Shown piece after piece: positions 39,616 to 51,351 of a stretch of 64,000 bases of DNA. The position numbers and the translations under genes were made by a program. Every line of letters starts with the position of its first letter. The stretch's first letter is position 1. Where the stretch lies: contig JBIJDH010000022.1 of assembly GCA_044344255.1 (NCBI GenBank), positions 1-64,000 of the forward strand, given 5' to 3'. This stretch comes from Myxococcota bacterium. GTDB taxonomy: Bacteria; Myxococcota_A; UBA796; UBA2385. The notes beneath the pieces are model-generated. The model saw only the letters and a list, made by a program, of their open reading frames with translations. It ran no database searches and had not been told where the DNA came from.

Positions 39616-40491
39616 TCACCCGCGGCGACGCAGGCCCGGCCCGAGGGTAGCGATCCCCACCCCGACCAGCACCACGAGCGCGCCTACGGCCTCCAGCCGG
39701 CCCGGGATCTCGTGCAGCACGAGGGCGCCGAGCAGGGCCGCCCCCACCGGCTCGAGGAGGATCGCCGCGGTGACGGTGGCCGCGGGCAGGTAGCCGACGG
39801 CGTAGTTGAGGCCGAGGTGACCGATGAGCTGCGGCCCCACCACCATCCCGGCGATCGCCAGCCAGGAGGCCGCGGGCCAGCCCGAGAGCGGGACACCGAG
39901 GAGGAGGGCGGCCGGCAGCAGGCTGAGCGCGCAGGCCCCATAGACGAGGGCCCCGTAGCGGTTGATCTCGACGCTCGGCCGCACCACCCGCCCGATGATG
40001 AGGTAGCCGGCCGACAAGAGGCCCGCGGCGAGGGCCAGCAGATCGCCCTCGAGCAGCGAGGCCGCCGAGCGCCCCTCTCCCGCGCGCTCCCCCACCCCGC
40101 CGCTCATCGCCGCGACCCCCGCGAGGGCGAAGGCCACGCCCACCCAGAAGGGGGCCTTCGGCCGAACCTTGAGGATCAACCACTCGAGCAGCCCAGCCCA
40201 GACAGGCGTGAGGCAGGCGAGCAGGGTGGAGCGCAGCACGGTGGTGAGGTGAAGGCTGGTGAACCACAACACGAAGTGGAGCGCCAGCAAGACCCCGCCG
40301 AGCGCGCCGAGGCGCCGCGCCTGCCGCGGCACCGGGCCGAGCAGCGGCTGCCGACGGACGAGCAGGAGGCCCGTAAGCAGCGCCGCCGCCGAGCCCGTGC
40401 GCCAGAAGGCCACCGCGAGGGGCTCAACCCCCTCGGCGAGCCTCACCAGGACCGCCGCCCCGCTGATCGCGCTGATCGCCGCGACGAGCAC
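39616..40491 (-). CDS. DMT/EamA transporter
   Basis: AFWR, LALHFVLWFTSL, LLEPVGA; about 10 TM. Confidence 0.88.
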   Translation of the reverse strand: MLVAAISAISGAAVLVRLAEGVEPLAVAFWRTGSAAALLTGLLLVRRQPLLGPVPRQARRLGALGGVLLALHFVLWFTSLHLTTVLRSTLLACLTPVWAGLLEWLILKVRPKAPFWVGVAFALAGVAAMSGGVGERAGEGRSAASLLEGDLLALAAGLLSAGYLIIGRVVRPSVEINRYGALVYGACALSLLPAALLLGVPLSGWPAASWLAIAGMVVGPQLIGHLGLNYAVGYLPAATVTAAILLEPVGAALLGALVLHEIPGRLEAVGALVVLVGVGIATLGPGLRRRG

Positions 40492-40550
40492 CAGCCCCGG
40501 GCGGGCCGCGGCGCCAAGGGGCGAACCCTCACCCCCGAGCGGCGGACCCT

Positions 40551-40751
40551 TCAGAGATGGCCCTTCGGGCGGGTGGCGTACATCACGTCCATCAGGGCGT
40601 TGAACAGCTCCTCTTCGCTCTCGAGCTCCGCCTTGTTCTCCAGGAGGTCCCAGATCTTCTCATCGGAGTACTGGTTCTTGAGCGTGCCCAAGGAGGGGTC
40701 AGACTCGACCATCTCGGCCACCAGCTCGCGGGTCACCTGGAACTTGCCCAT
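40551..40751 (-). CDS. Small hypothetical protein (66 aa)
   Basis: GGAGG RBS, coding-like codon usage, co-oriented with its neighbours. Confidence 0.7.
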   Translation of the reverse strand: MGKFQVTRELVAEMVESDPSLGTLKNQYSDEKIWDLLENKAELESEEELFNALMDVMYATRPKGHL

Positions 40752-40787
40752 CCTCGCCTCCCCGCGGGCTCGCCGCGACCCGGAGCC

Positions 40788-41612
40788 CTATCCGACCCGC
40801 TTTGCCTCGTCTTCGGGCCAATGGCACTTCTTGTACTTCTTGCCGCTCCCGCAGGGGCAGGGGTCATTCCGCCCGATCTTGGGCGAGGCCGACGCGGGCT
40901 GCGGGCCGCTCTCGGCCTCCAGCAGCCGCCGCGCCACCGCCTCGACGCGGGCGATCCGCTCGGCGGAGGGGGTCGGGGTGAAGTGGGCCTCGGCCTCGGC
41001 GAGGTCGCTCACGTCGATGTAGAGCACGCCTTCGCCTCCGCCCTCCTCCACCGAGCGCAGCAGGGCGTCGAGCTTGGCGGTGATGGCCGGGAGATCGGCC
41101 TCCGAGCCATACCGCTGCAGGAAGTACGCCCCGAGGCCGGGCAGGGTGTCGAGGCACCGCAGGGCCCGCTCGTAGAGCAAGGGGCTCTCGAGCTGGAGCC
41201 GGACCGCGAGCTCCATCAGCGCCGCGCCGCGGGTGCCGTCGGCGTCGTCGGTGCCCTCGAGCTGAACGAGCAGCGCGGGGCCGATCTCGGGGCCGAGGGC
41301 CTCGAGCGCCCGCATCGCGACCTCGAAGAGCACGTCCCCGGGCTCGGCGGCGGCGAGCACGGTGAGGAGGGGCTCGGTGGCCTCGAGCGAGCCCACCCGG
41401 CCGAGCAGGTGCGCGGCGTGCACCGGCACGTAGCCGCCCCCGGGGGCCTCGCGGTCAGAGAGGGCGACGTCCATCAACAGCTCGATGAGCTCGGGGACCA
41501 CGGCCTCGCCGCGCTCGAGGATGTGCCGCTCGGTCGAGGCGGGGAGGGACTCGGCCGCCCGGACGAGCTGCTGCAGAAGCGTAGGGGGGGTTCGTTCACG
41601 ACGGGCCATCAT
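40788..41612 (-). CDS. HEAT-like protein with a SEC-C motif
   Basis: C-terminal [20 protein letters not shown]. Confidence 0.85.
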   Translation of the reverse strand: MMARRERTPPTLLQQLVRAAESLPASTERHILERGEAVVPELIELLMDVALSDREAPGGGYVPVHAAHLLGRVGSLEATEPLLTVLAAAEPGDVLFEVAMRALEALGPEIGPALLVQLEGTDDADGTRGAALMELAVRLQLESPLLYERALRCLDTLPGLGAYFLQRYGSEADLPAITAKLDALLRSVEEGGGEGVLYIDVSDLAEAEAHFTPTPSAERIARVEAVARRLLEAESGPQPASASPKIGRNDPCPCGSGKKYKKCHWPEDEAKRVG

Positions 41613-42079
41613 CACACCAGGGGAGGTTCGATTGGAGCGGTGAGGAGGGGGCGGATGCAGTCCAGCAGCGGCAGATCGGCGGCGGCCCACTCGAGCTCGT
41701 CGAGGCCATCGGCCCCGACCCAGCGGAGCTCGGTGTGCTCGACCCGGACGGGCTCGCCGTGGGGCAGCGCGGCGGCGTACGCGAGGAGCTGGATCCGCCG
41801 CCGCGGCTGGTGGGCCAGGGACTCGCCGAGGAGCTCCCCGACGACGACATCGATGAGCAGCTCCTCTTGGAGCTCGCGGCGCAGGGCCTCGGCGTCGGAC
41901 TCGCCGGGCTCCACCTTGCCGCCAGGGAGCTCCCAGCGGCCCGGCTCGGACTTCTCGGGCGGGCGCTGCGCGGCCAGCAGGCGGCCCCCGCGGATCACCG
42001 CGCCGGCCACCACCCTCACGACCGGCGGCGGCCCGTGGGTCGGGTACGGCGTGTGCGGTGAAGCAGGGGGGCTGGACAT
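41612..42079 (-). CDS. NUDIX hydrolase (MutT/NudG-like)
   Basis: [31 protein letters not shown]. Confidence 0.9.
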   Translation of the reverse strand: MSSPPASPHTPYPTHGPPPVVRVVAGAVIRGGRLLAAQRPPEKSEPGRWELPGGKVEPGESDAEALRRELQEELLIDVVVGELLGESLAHQPRRRIQLLAYAAALPHGEPVRVEHTELRWVGADGLDELEWAAADLPLLDCIRPLLTAPIEPPLV

Positions 42080-42143
42080 TCGCCGCGCTCCGTCCGTGGC
42101 CGCCACGGTGGGCAGGGAGGGGCGGCCCGTATAGCGTGGCCGG

Positions 42144-44693
42144 ATGTCCGCCGCAGGTGCCCCGCGCTCCGCCCCTTCACCCCACTCCCTCACCCTCTCC
42201 CCCTCCCAGGACGGCGGCGGCCTGCACGCGGGCGGGCTCCAGGCGGGCGGGATCCACGCCCAGCTCGGGCCCACCAACACCGGGAAGACCCACCGCGCCA
42301 TCCGCAGGCTGCTCGGTCACCGCAGCGGCATGATCGGGCTGCCGCTCCGCCTGCTGGCGCGGGAGGTCTACGATCGAATCAAGGCGGAGAAGGGCGAGCA
42401 GGCCGTCGCCCTCATCACCGGCGAGGAGAAGCGGGCCCCTGCGAGCGCGCGCTACTTCGTCTGCACCGTCGAGGCGATGCCCCTCGACCGGCCGGTAGAG
42501 TTCCTGGCGGTCGACGAGATCCAGCTCGCCGCCCATCGTGAGCGGGGCCACACCTTTACAGACCGCCTGCTCCACGCCCGCGGCCTCCGCGAGACCTGGT
42601 TCATGGGCTCGGACACGATGGCCGCCCTGCTGCCGAGCGTGGTGCCCACGGCCTCGATCGAGGGCAACCCGCGGCTCTCGAAGCTCCGCTACGCCGGGCC
42701 CAGCCGCCTGAAGGAGCTCCCTCCCCGCACCGCCCTCGTCGCCTTCTCCACCGCTCAGGTCTACGCTCTGGCCGAGCGCGTGCGGCGCGAGCGGGGCGGC
42801 GCCGCCGTGGTGCTGGGCGCCCTCTCCCCCCGCACCCGCAACGCCCAGGTAGCGCTCTACCAGAACGGGGAGGTGCCGATCCTCGTCGCCACCGACGCTA
42901 TCGGCATGGGCCTCAACATGGACGTCGACCACGTCTGCTTCGCCGACCTCCACAAGTTCGACGGCGCCGAGCACCGGCGCCTCGAGCCCGCCGAGATGGC
43001 CCAGATCGCAGGCCGGGCCGGCCGCTACCGCAGAGACGGCACCTTCGGCGTCCTCGCCGACGGCGGTGACCTCGAGGGGGCCGAGATCGAGGCCATCGAG
43101 GCGCACCGCTTCGCCCCCGTGACCCGCCTGTGGTGGCGGAGCAGCGACCTCGACCTCGACAGCCTCGACGGGCTCATCGCCTCGCTCCAGGCTCGCCCCC
43201 GCCGCGGCTGGATGCGGGCCGCCGAGAAGGCGGAAGATCAGGCCTCGCTCCTCGCCCTCGCCGCCGATCCCGGCGTCCGCGCGCTCGCCCGCGGGCCGGC
43301 GGCGGTGGGGCTGCTCTGGGAGGTGGCCCGCATCCCCGACTTCCGCCACACCCTCGAGGGCAGCCACCATCGGCTCCAGGCCGCCCTCTACCGCTACCTC
43401 ACCGGCCCCACCGGGCGCGTGCCGGCGGCCTGGGTGAGGGAGCGCGTGGAGCGCCTCGACCGCCCCGACGACGACATCGACAACCTGCTCACGCGCATCG
43501 CCTACATCCGCACCTGGACCTACGTGAGCCAGCGGTCGGACTGGGTGGAGGAGGCCGAGGCCTTGCAGGAGCAGGCCCGCCTCATCGAAGATCGGCTGAG
43601 CGACGCGCTCCACGCCCGCCTCACCGCGCGCTTCGTCGACCACCGCACCGGGCTCATCCTCGGCGGCAAGGCGCAGGGGGCCCCGGTGACCGCGATCTCC
43701 GACGATGGCGCCCTCTCCGTAGGCGGGCACGCGCTCGGCCGTTGGACCGGCTTCGACCTCGAGCTCAGCGACATCCGCGACCGCAACGAGGCCCGCGTGC
43801 TCGGGCAGGCGGCCCGGGGCGCGCTCGAGGCGCGGGTGGCGGAGCGGCTGGGGCGCCTGCTCGCGGCGCCCCACGTCGACATCGCGCTGGACGACCAGCG
43901 GCGGCTCGTCTGGGAGGGGGCCGCCCTGGCCGAGGTGGTGGCCGGGCCGAGCCCGCTCAGCGCCGAGGTCAAGCTCCGCCCCCTCGAGCTGCTCGGCCCC
44001 ACACAGCGGCGACAGGCCCACCAGCGCCTCCTCCGCTGGACCCGCGAGGCCCTCGAGGCCCTGCTCTCCCCCCTCCGCCCCGCCGCGGGGGGCCCGCCCG
44101 TCTCCGCCGCCGTGCGCGGCGTGGCCTACGCCGTCGAGCGCGGGCTCGGCATCGCCCCCGTCGAGGCCGTGTGGGAGCACCTCCAAGCCCTCGACCCCGC
44201 CGACCGCCGGGCGCTCGCCCGCCTCGACCTCCGCCTCGGACAGCGCTGGGTCTACTCCCACTCGCTCCTCAAGGCCGAGGCCCTCTCCGCCCGCGCCCGC
44301 TGGTGGGCCGTCTTCCAGGGGGAGGAGGACGTGCCGGCCCTGCCCCGGCCCGGCGCCGCCTCGGTCGCGGTGACCGCCCGCGCCGACTTCTACGTCGCCA
44401 TCAGCTACCCCCCGCTCGGCGGGCGCGCGGTGCGGGTCGATCTCGCCGAGCGCCTCGCCGCCGAGCTGCGCGCCCTGGCCCGCCGCGGCCCCTTCCAGCT
44501 CCCCGGCGAGGTGTCGGCGGGCATCGGCTGCCCCGCGGCGGCGATGCCCGGCGTGATGGCGGCCCTCGGATACAGTCCGGTGGGGGACTGGAGCGAGACG
44601 CCCAACCGCTACGGGGTCGAGGGTCGGCCGCGGGGGCCGGCCCCTACGGGGGCGAGAGGATCCAGTCCAGCGGCCCGTGATCGACGCCGTTGA
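42144..44693 (+). CDS. Suv3/MgpS-like SF2 helicase
   Basis: [36 protein letters not shown]. Confidence 0.9.
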   Translation: MSAAGAPRSAPSPHSLTLSPSQDGGGLHAGGLQAGGIHAQLGPTNTGKTHRAIRRLLGHRSGMIGLPLRLLAREVYDRIKAEKGEQAVALITGEEKRAPASARYFVCTVEAMPLDRPVEFLAVDEIQLAAHRERGHTFTDRLLHARGLRETWFMGSDTMAALLPSVVPTASIEGNPRLSKLRYAGPSRLKELPPRTALVAFSTAQVYALAERVRRERGGAAVVLGALSPRTRNAQVALYQNGEVPILVATDAIGMGLNMDVDHVCFADLHKFDGAEHRRLEPAEMAQIAGRAGRYRRDGTFGVLADGGDLEGAEIEAIEAHRFAPVTRLWWRSSDLDLDSLDGLIASLQARPRRGWMRAAEKAEDQASLLALAADPGVRALARGPAAVGLLWEVARIPDFRHTLEGSHHRLQAALYRYLTGPTGRVPAAWVRERVERLDRPDDDIDNLLTRIAYIRTWTYVSQRSDWVEEAEALQEQARLIEDRLSDALHARLTARFVDHRTGLILGGKAQGAPVTAISDDGALSVGGHALGRWTGFDLELSDIRDRNEARVLGQAARGALEARVAERLGRLLAAPHVDIALDDQRRLVWEGAALAEVVAGPSPLSAEVKLRPLELLGPTQRRQAHQRLLRWTREALEALLSPLRPAAGGPPVSAAVRGVAYAVERGLGIAPVEAVWEHLQALDPADRRALARLDLRLGQRWVYSHSLLKAEALSARARWWAVFQGEEDVPALPRPGAASVAVTARADFYVAISYPPLGGRAVRVDLAERLAAELRALARRGPFQLPGEVSAGIGCPAAAMPGVMAALGYSPVGDWSETPNRYGVEGRPRGPAPTGARGSSPAARDRRR

Positions 44694-45735
44694 CGCGGAG
44701 GTGGAGGCGCTGGGGCCCCGGGCGGAGGGGGCGGGTGGAGACGGGCCGGGTGGAGAGCCTCCCGGTGAACCGCCAGCGCTCCCCCGCCGCCACCGCGCGG
44801 ACCGCCCCTCGGAAGGTGCGGCTGGACCAGGCCCCGGCGCGGGCCCCCGGCCAGGACCAGACGAGGTCGATCCGCACCGTCACCGCGGCGTCGACGGTGA
44901 CGTCGGCCTCGACCTCCAGGGCCTCGCCCACCCGCAGGGCGGCGCTGGTCAGCCGGAGCGCGAGGACGCTCACCCCGCCGTCGCCCTGGCCGAGGAGGCG
45001 CAGCGCGCCGGGGTGGCCCTTCTTCAGCAGGTCCCGCAGCCCGTGCGTGACGAGGGCTCGCCGCGACGGGGCCCGGGCCAGCCACTCGCCCATCCAGGCG
45101 ACCGTGCCGTCTGGATCGAGCTTCCCGAGGTCACCGACGTGGTTGGCCACCGAGCGGCGGACGTAGTCCGAGGGATCGTCGGCGAGGCGGTCGAGCAGCG
45201 GCCGGGCGCGGCCATCGGCCGGCAGGTGGAGGCCCCAGGGGAGCTTCGGCCGGCTCCCTTCGCTCACGAGGCGCCGAACGTGGGGGTCGGGATCCCCCAC
45301 CCAACGCGCGAGGGCGGCCCAGGCGGGCTCAGGCGCGTCGCGGAGCAGCGGTCGGATCGCGAACTCGGCGGAGAAGCGGCGCGTCATCTCGCGGAGGGCA
45401 ACGAGGCTCCGCTCGGGGTCCGCGAGGCCGTGGTCCTCCACCACCTGGAGGAGGGGCCAGAGGCGCATCCCGCCGGTGGTGCCATCCGTGCCCTCGAGCG
45501 GCGGTGGCAGCGCGGCCACGAGGAGCCGCAGCGCCTCGGGCCACTGCGCAGGGAGCGCGGCCCGCAAGGCCAGGGCCACCTGCTTCACCCGCGCCTTGAG
45601 GGCCAGCGGGCCGAGGTCTCGGCTGGCCTCGATGACGAAGGCGGGGGCGTCGAAGGACGGGTACGCGGCGCAGAGGCGCGCGGCGATGTCCTCGATGGCC
45701 TCGCGGTTGATCAGCTCTTTGAAGGGCTCGGCCAT
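44644..45735 (-). CDS. DNA alkylation repair protein (AlkC-like HEAT glycosylase)
   Basis: FSAEFAIRP, HVRRLVSEGSRPKLPW, YVRRSVANH and an Ig-like C-terminal domain. Confidence 0.85.
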   Translation of the reverse strand: MAEPFKELINREAIEDIAARLCAAYPSFDAPAFVIEASRDLGPLALKARVKQVALALRAALPAQWPEALRLLVAALPPPLEGTDGTTGGMRLWPLLQVVEDHGLADPERSLVALREMTRRFSAEFAIRPLLRDAPEPAWAALARWVGDPDPHVRRLVSEGSRPKLPWGLHLPADGRARPLLDRLADDPSDYVRRSVANHVGDLGKLDPDGTVAWMGEWLARAPSRRALVTHGLRDLLKKGHPGALRLLGQGDGGVSVLALRLTSAALRVGEALEVEADVTVDAAVTVRIDLVWSWPGARAGAWSSRTFRGAVRAVAAGERWRFTGRLSTRPVSTRPLRPGPQRLHLRVNGVDHGPLDWILSPP

Positions 45736-45766
45736 CTCTACCTCGTCGAGGTTGGACTCCCTCCGC

Positions 45767-46279
45767 TCAAGGGGGCGGCGCCTGGCCGGCCACCGCGCCG
45801 AGCGAGGCGAGCAGGCGGGCGATGCGCACACCGTAGTTCACGTCGGGCACGGTGACGGCGGTCTTTCGACCTTGCTTCGTCATCAGATGCAGGGCCGTGA
45901 AGACCATGCCCCGCCGCTCCACCACCATGAGGTGCATGCGCACGATCTCCGCGGGGCGCGAGTACACGAAGCGGCGCAGCAGGAAGATGCGGATCCAGAA
46001 CCAGGCCCAGGTGCCCCCGCCGACGAGGCCGATGAACAGCCCCATCAGCACGCACACCACCATCGCCACCACCTCGTCGGGGCGGTGAGGGGCGAAGGCG
46101 GCGAGGCCCAGCATGCCCATGCAGCAGAGCACGCTCACGGCGCCGAAGCAGCCCCAGAGCATGAGGTTGCCCCGCACGCAGGGCTCGACCAGCAGCTTGA
46201 GGTCAGCCCGGGCCTGCGCCGGATCGGCGGCCGGCGTGCTGGGGACATCAATAGACAGCGTGCTGTTTCGGCCGGCCAT
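45767..46279 (-). CDS. Hypothetical membrane protein
   Basis: Two TM helices; co-oriented with the repair gene. Confidence 0.6.
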   Translation of the reverse strand: MAGRNSTLSIDVPSTPAADPAQARADLKLLVEPCVRGNLMLWGCFGAVSVLCCMGMLGLAAFAPHRPDEVVAMVVCVLMGLFIGLVGGGTWAWFWIRIFLLRRFVYSRPAEIVRMHLMVVERRGMVFTALHLMTKQGRKTAVTVPDVNYGVRIARLLASLGAVAGQAPPP

Positions 46280-46388
46280 CGCGCGTCACCTCAGAGGGGC
46301 CGCTTATGCGAAGGACCCGGAGTTGGCAGCCCTCGCATAAGCGCTCCGCGTGCGCTATCGTGGGGGGAGTCACAACTGTGGAGCCTCG

Positions 46389-49334
46389 ATGCCGTCTCCT
46401 CGCCGCCCCTATCCTCGCTGCTCATCCCCGTACGCCCTCATCGCATTGCTCGGGGTCCTCAGCGCGTGCGGCGGGGGCATCAGCCCCAAAGCAGACCAGA
46501 GCACCGAGCGCGATCCCACCTGGGGCGACACCCCCACGCCCACCGACAGCGGCGGCGTAGACACCGGCGATCCGCTGCCCGCGGCCGACTGGGCGCTCGT
46601 GGCGTCGGACACGAAGTCGGCCCTGATGAGCATCCACGGCCGCGGCCCCGATGATGTCTATGCCGTCGGCGCCGACGACGGTTCGGGCGGCCTCATCCTC
46701 CACTACGACGGCAGCAGCTGGAGCCGGGTCACGAACGGCGACAAGCACGACCTGTGGTGGGTCGAGACCTTCCCCGACGGCTCCGCCATCGCCGCCGGCT
46801 CGGGCGGCACCATCCTCCGCGACAAGGGCGACGGCGCCGGCTTCGTCCGCGACGTCACCCCCGGCCTCGGCTCGCAGACGATCTACGGCGTCTGGGGCTC
46901 GGGCTCCGACGACCTCTGGGCGGTCGGCGGCTTCGCCGGCCGCTGGGGCTTCCTCTGGCACTGGGACGGTGAGTCCTGGACCAACCAGGAGCTCCCCGAC
47001 GGCCTCCCCCTCTCCGCCGATGGCGAGCTCCCCGCCCTGTTCAAGGTCTGGGGCCGCGCCGCCGACGACGTCTGGGTGGTGGGCGGCAACGGCACCATCC
47101 TCCACTACGACGGCGCCGCCTGGTCGGTGATCGACGGCGGCACCGATCAGCTCCTGTTCACGGTGCACGGAAACGCGGACGAGGTCGTGATCGTCGGCCC
47201 CGAGACGGTGCTCGTGGGCGGCCTCGACGGCTTCACCAACCAGGTCCCCGAGGGCGCCGGCATCCTCCAAGGCGCCTGCACCGAGCCCGACGGCGGTGTG
47301 CTGGTGAGCGGGCAGAGCGGCACGCTGTGGGTGCTCTCGGTCGAGGGGGAGTGGGAGCAGCAGGTCAACACCTTTGGCGTGAGCCCGGAGTCGCTGCACG
47401 CCACCTGGGTCGACCCGACCGGCGGGCGCTGGTCGGTGGGCGGGAGCGTGCTCTCCGGCGCCCTCGACCAGGGCATCGTCGTGCACCAGGGCGAGCTGGC
47501 CTCGACCTACACCCGGCCGGCCGATCCCGATCCCATCCCCGCCTCCTGCTCTGCCGACGACATCGACCCCGACCCCTCCGGCTCGATGGCCCGCCGCTGG
47601 AACGAGCAGCTCCTGAACGCGATCCGCCGCGACATCCCGCGGCCGGTGGTGCACGCGCGCAACCTCTTCCACACCTCGGCCGCGATGTGGGACGCCTGGG
47701 CCGTCTATGACGACACCGCCGATCCGTACCTCGGTGAGCCGCGCGTCACTTTGGCGGATCCGGGAACCCTCGAAGCGGACCGCGACGTCGCCATCTCCTA
47801 CGCCGCCTATCGGGTGCTCACCCACCGCTACACCGGCCAGATCGGCGGTGAGACGAGCGTGGCCTGCTTTAACGCCTTCATGGACAGCCTCGGCCTCGAC
47901 CCCGACGACGCCCACACCGACGGCGAGGCCGACGATCCCATCGCCCTCGGAAACCGCATCGGTCAGGCCTACATCGACGCCTTCGCCGACGACGGATCCA
48001 ACGAGGCCAACAACTACGCCGACACCACCGCCTGGGTCTCGCCGAACGCCCCGCTCGTGGTCGACAACCCCGGCAACGTGATGGTGGAGCCGAGCCAGTT
48101 CCAGCTCCTCAACCTCGCCAACGCCGAGACGCAGAACGGCATCGTGCTCGAGAGCGGCAACCAGAAGTACATCGGCGCCCAGTGGGGCCTCGTCACCCCC
48201 TTCGCCCTCGGCGATCACACGGGCACCTACGGCTACATCGACCCCGGCGGTGAGCCCCTGGCCTCCGACCCCGAGATGGCCGAGTGGGTCCTCGACGTGC
48301 TGCGTAAGAACGCGCTGCTCGACCCCAACCTCGATGGCACCCTCGACATCTCCCCGGGCGCCTACGGCAACAACAGCCTCGGACAGAACGACGGCGCGGG
48401 TCATCCTGTAAACCCGATCACCGGCCTGCCCTACGCGGCGAACGTGGTGAAGATGGGTGACTTCGGCCGCGTGCTGGCCGAGTTCTGGGCCGATGGCCCC
48501 GCCTCGGAGACGCCCCCCGGCCACTGGAACACGATCGCCAACTACGTGAGCGACGAGGCCGATCAGGACACCCTCGGCGAGGCCGCCTTCGGGGCGCCGA
48601 TGGACCGCCTCGCCTGGGACCTGCACCTCTACTTCGCGATGAACGGCGCCCTGCACGACGCCGCCATCACCTCCTGGGGCCTCAAGCGCGAGTACACGGC
48701 GTCGCGGCCGATCAGCCTCATCCGCTGGATGGCCTCCCAGGGCCAGCGCTCCGATCCCACGCTGCCCTCCTACAGCCCCGACGGCCTGCCCCTGGAGGCG
48801 GGCGTCACCGAGCTCATCACCGCCGAGAGCAGCGCGCCCGGTGAGCGCCACCACAACCTGCGCGTCTTCCAGGGCGAGGTGGCGGTCAAGATGTGGCTCG
48901 GCGAGCCGGGAGACCGCGCCAACCAGACCACCGGGACGGGCTGGGCGCGGGCCAAGGAGTGGTTCCCCTATCAGCGCCGCACCTTCGTGACCCCGGCCTT
49001 CCCCGGCTACACCTCGGGCCACAGCACCTTCTCGCGCTCGGCCGCCGAGGTGCTCACCCTGCTCACGGGCTCCGCCTACTTCCCCGGCGGCCTGGGCGAA
49101 TTCGACGCCCCGGCGGGCACCTACCTCGTCTTCGAGGACGGCCCCTCCGAGACCATCACGCTCCAGTGGGCCACCTTCCAGGACGCCGCCGATCAGGCTG
49201 GACAGTCGCGCATCTACGGGGGGATCCACATCTTCCCGGATGACCAGTACGGCCGGGAGGCCGGCTACACCGTCGGTCATATGGCCGTAGACGAGTCCAG
49301 CGCCTGGTTCGACGGCACCGCCATCGCCGACTGA
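46389..49334 (+). CDS. Lipoprotein with N-terminal beta-propeller repeats and a vanadium haloperoxidase/PAP2-like domain
   Basis: LSAC lipobox; DDVWxVG..G.ILHYDG repeats; K...RP, TPAFPGYTSGHSTFS, SRIYGGIH. Confidence 0.85.
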   Translation: MPSPRRPYPRCSSPYALIALLGVLSACGGGISPKADQSTERDPTWGDTPTPTDSGGVDTGDPLPAADWALVASDTKSALMSIHGRGPDDVYAVGADDGSGGLILHYDGSSWSRVTNGDKHDLWWVETFPDGSAIAAGSGGTILRDKGDGAGFVRDVTPGLGSQTIYGVWGSGSDDLWAVGGFAGRWGFLWHWDGESWTNQELPDGLPLSADGELPALFKVWGRAADDVWVVGGNGTILHYDGAAWSVIDGGTDQLLFTVHGNADEVVIVGPETVLVGGLDGFTNQVPEGAGILQGACTEPDGGVLVSGQSGTLWVLSVEGEWEQQVNTFGVSPESLHATWVDPTGGRWSVGGSVLSGALDQGIVVHQGELASTYTRPADPDPIPASCSADDIDPDPSGSMARRWNEQLLNAIRRDIPRPVVHARNLFHTSAAMWDAWAVYDDTADPYLGEPRVTLADPGTLEADRDVAISYAAYRVLTHRYTGQIGGETSVACFNAFMDSLGLDPDDAHTDGEADDPIALGNRIGQAYIDAFADDGSNEANNYADTTAWVSPNAPLVVDNPGNVMVEPSQFQLLNLANAETQNGIVLESGNQKYIGAQWGLVTPFALGDHTGTYGYIDPGGEPLASDPEMAEWVLDVLRKNALLDPNLDGTLDISPGAYGNNSLGQNDGAGHPVNPITGLPYAANVVKMGDFGRVLAEFWADGPASETPPGHWNTIANYVSDEADQDTLGEAAFGAPMDRLAWDLHLYFAMNGALHDAAITSWGLKREYTASRPISLIRWMASQGQRSDPTLPSYSPDGLPLEAGVTELITAESSAPGERHHNLRVFQGEVAVKMWLGEPGDRANQTTGTGWARAKEWFPYQRRTFVTPAFPGYTSGHSTFSRSAAEVLTLLTGSAYFPGGLGEFDAPAGTYLVFEDGPSETITLQWATFQDAADQAGQSRIYGGIHIFPDDQYGREAGYTVGHMAVDESSAWFDGTAIAD

Positions 49335-49361
49335 GCGCCGCGCGCGCGGCGTCGCCCGGCC

Positions 49362-50192
<831 letters not shown>

Positions 50193-50365
50193 CGAGGGCT
50201 CCTTGTCCCATCCTCCTACACACAGCCCCCGGGCGCGGCTGGACCCCGCCGCGGGACGGGCTGTTCCGTGCGCGCAACACCTCGGGCTGGGGCCTCCCCC
50301 GCGCCTCCCCCGCGCCTCTCGCGGCCGAGGCCCCCCTCGATCGCTCCGCCTGGCTGCGCGGTCGC

Positions 50366-50938
50366 TCAGCCGAGCGGGGCCACCCCGATCAGCCACTTGT
50401 GGAAGAAGAGCAAGGTCACCGCGTACAAGCCGAGGCCCCCGACCACACAGATGAGGTCGTTCCAGCGCCCCCGCGGCGCCCCCGGAACCGGGCGGACGGG
50501 CCGCCACCGCAGCGAGAGCAAGTCCAGCGCCGCCCACACGAGGAAGGCGCCGAACAGGGCGAGATCGTGGAGCGCCCCGTTCACCAGCAGGTGCGATGCG
50601 GCCCACAGGCCCACCGCCAGCAGCATCGGGTTCTTCACCGCGTCCGAGATCCGCCCCGGCATGTACGCGGCGAACAGCAACGGGAAGAAGGGCAGCATCA
50701 GGGCGAGCACGCCGTGCCGGAGCCCAAAGGGCGGCCACCAGAGGAAGACGGGGCTCCGCCGCGCCACGGCGTAGCCGAAGACGACGAGCCCGAGGCCGAC
50801 CATCGAAACCAGGGAGTACAGCCCCTTCCAGGCGTTCTCCCCCATGCGGGCTACCATGGCGTCTCGCCAGCGGTTGGCCACGATCGACACCGAGTGCACG
50901 CCGAGGAAGAGGCCGAGGCCGAGGACGAGCAACAGCAT
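50366..50938 (-). CDS. NnrU-family membrane protein
   Basis: LFLGVHS, KGLYSLVS, PML..WAASHLLVNG. Confidence 0.85.
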   Translation of the reverse strand: MLLLVLGLGLFLGVHSVSIVANRWRDAMVARMGENAWKGLYSLVSMVGLGLVVFGYAVARRSPVFLWWPPFGLRHGVLALMLPFFPLLFAAYMPGRISDAVKNPMLLAVGLWAASHLLVNGALHDLALFGAFLVWAALDLLSLRWRPVRPVPGAPRGRWNDLICVVGGLGLYAVTLLFFHKWLIGVAPLG

Positions 50939-51351
50939 GTTCAGCGCTCCCTTTGCCTCGACCCCCTATCGGCTCCGCCCCGCGTGGCGAGCCGCCTCAC
51001 CCCCCGGCTCCCCGAGGCTCACCGGGCCACAACATAGGTCCTCCCCCTATCTCCTCCCAGCGGGCTGATCTCCAGCAGGTTCGGTTCGTTCTACAGCGGC
51101 AGGCTCGAAGGGGCGGGAATAGATCCAAGACGTTCCCAAGGGGAACAACGAGTCCGCTCAGAGGAGCCTCAAGTCCCCCTGAGTCTACGTACCGTCCACC
51201 GCCTTTGAAATGGTTCGAAGACCCTCGCGCTGCTCAACAGCGCACGGTGCAGGTGTAAGATTCGGTAGCCCGCTCGACGCCTCACGCGCCCCGCTCACCC
51301 CGAACACCTGAGGGAGTCCGACTCCCCACCCCATCTGATCGGAGCCCCGTC

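Noticed and set aside
40788..40880. CPC...CH as a heme site or as secA
   Set aside because: It is a SEC-C zinc motif on a short protein with no ATPase domain.
51205..51218. FNR/CRP-like site TTGAA-ATGG-TTCGA upstream of the MtrC-like gene
   Set aside because: Poor match to TTGAT-N4-ATCAA, and the spacing to the nearest -10-like hexamer is not canonical.
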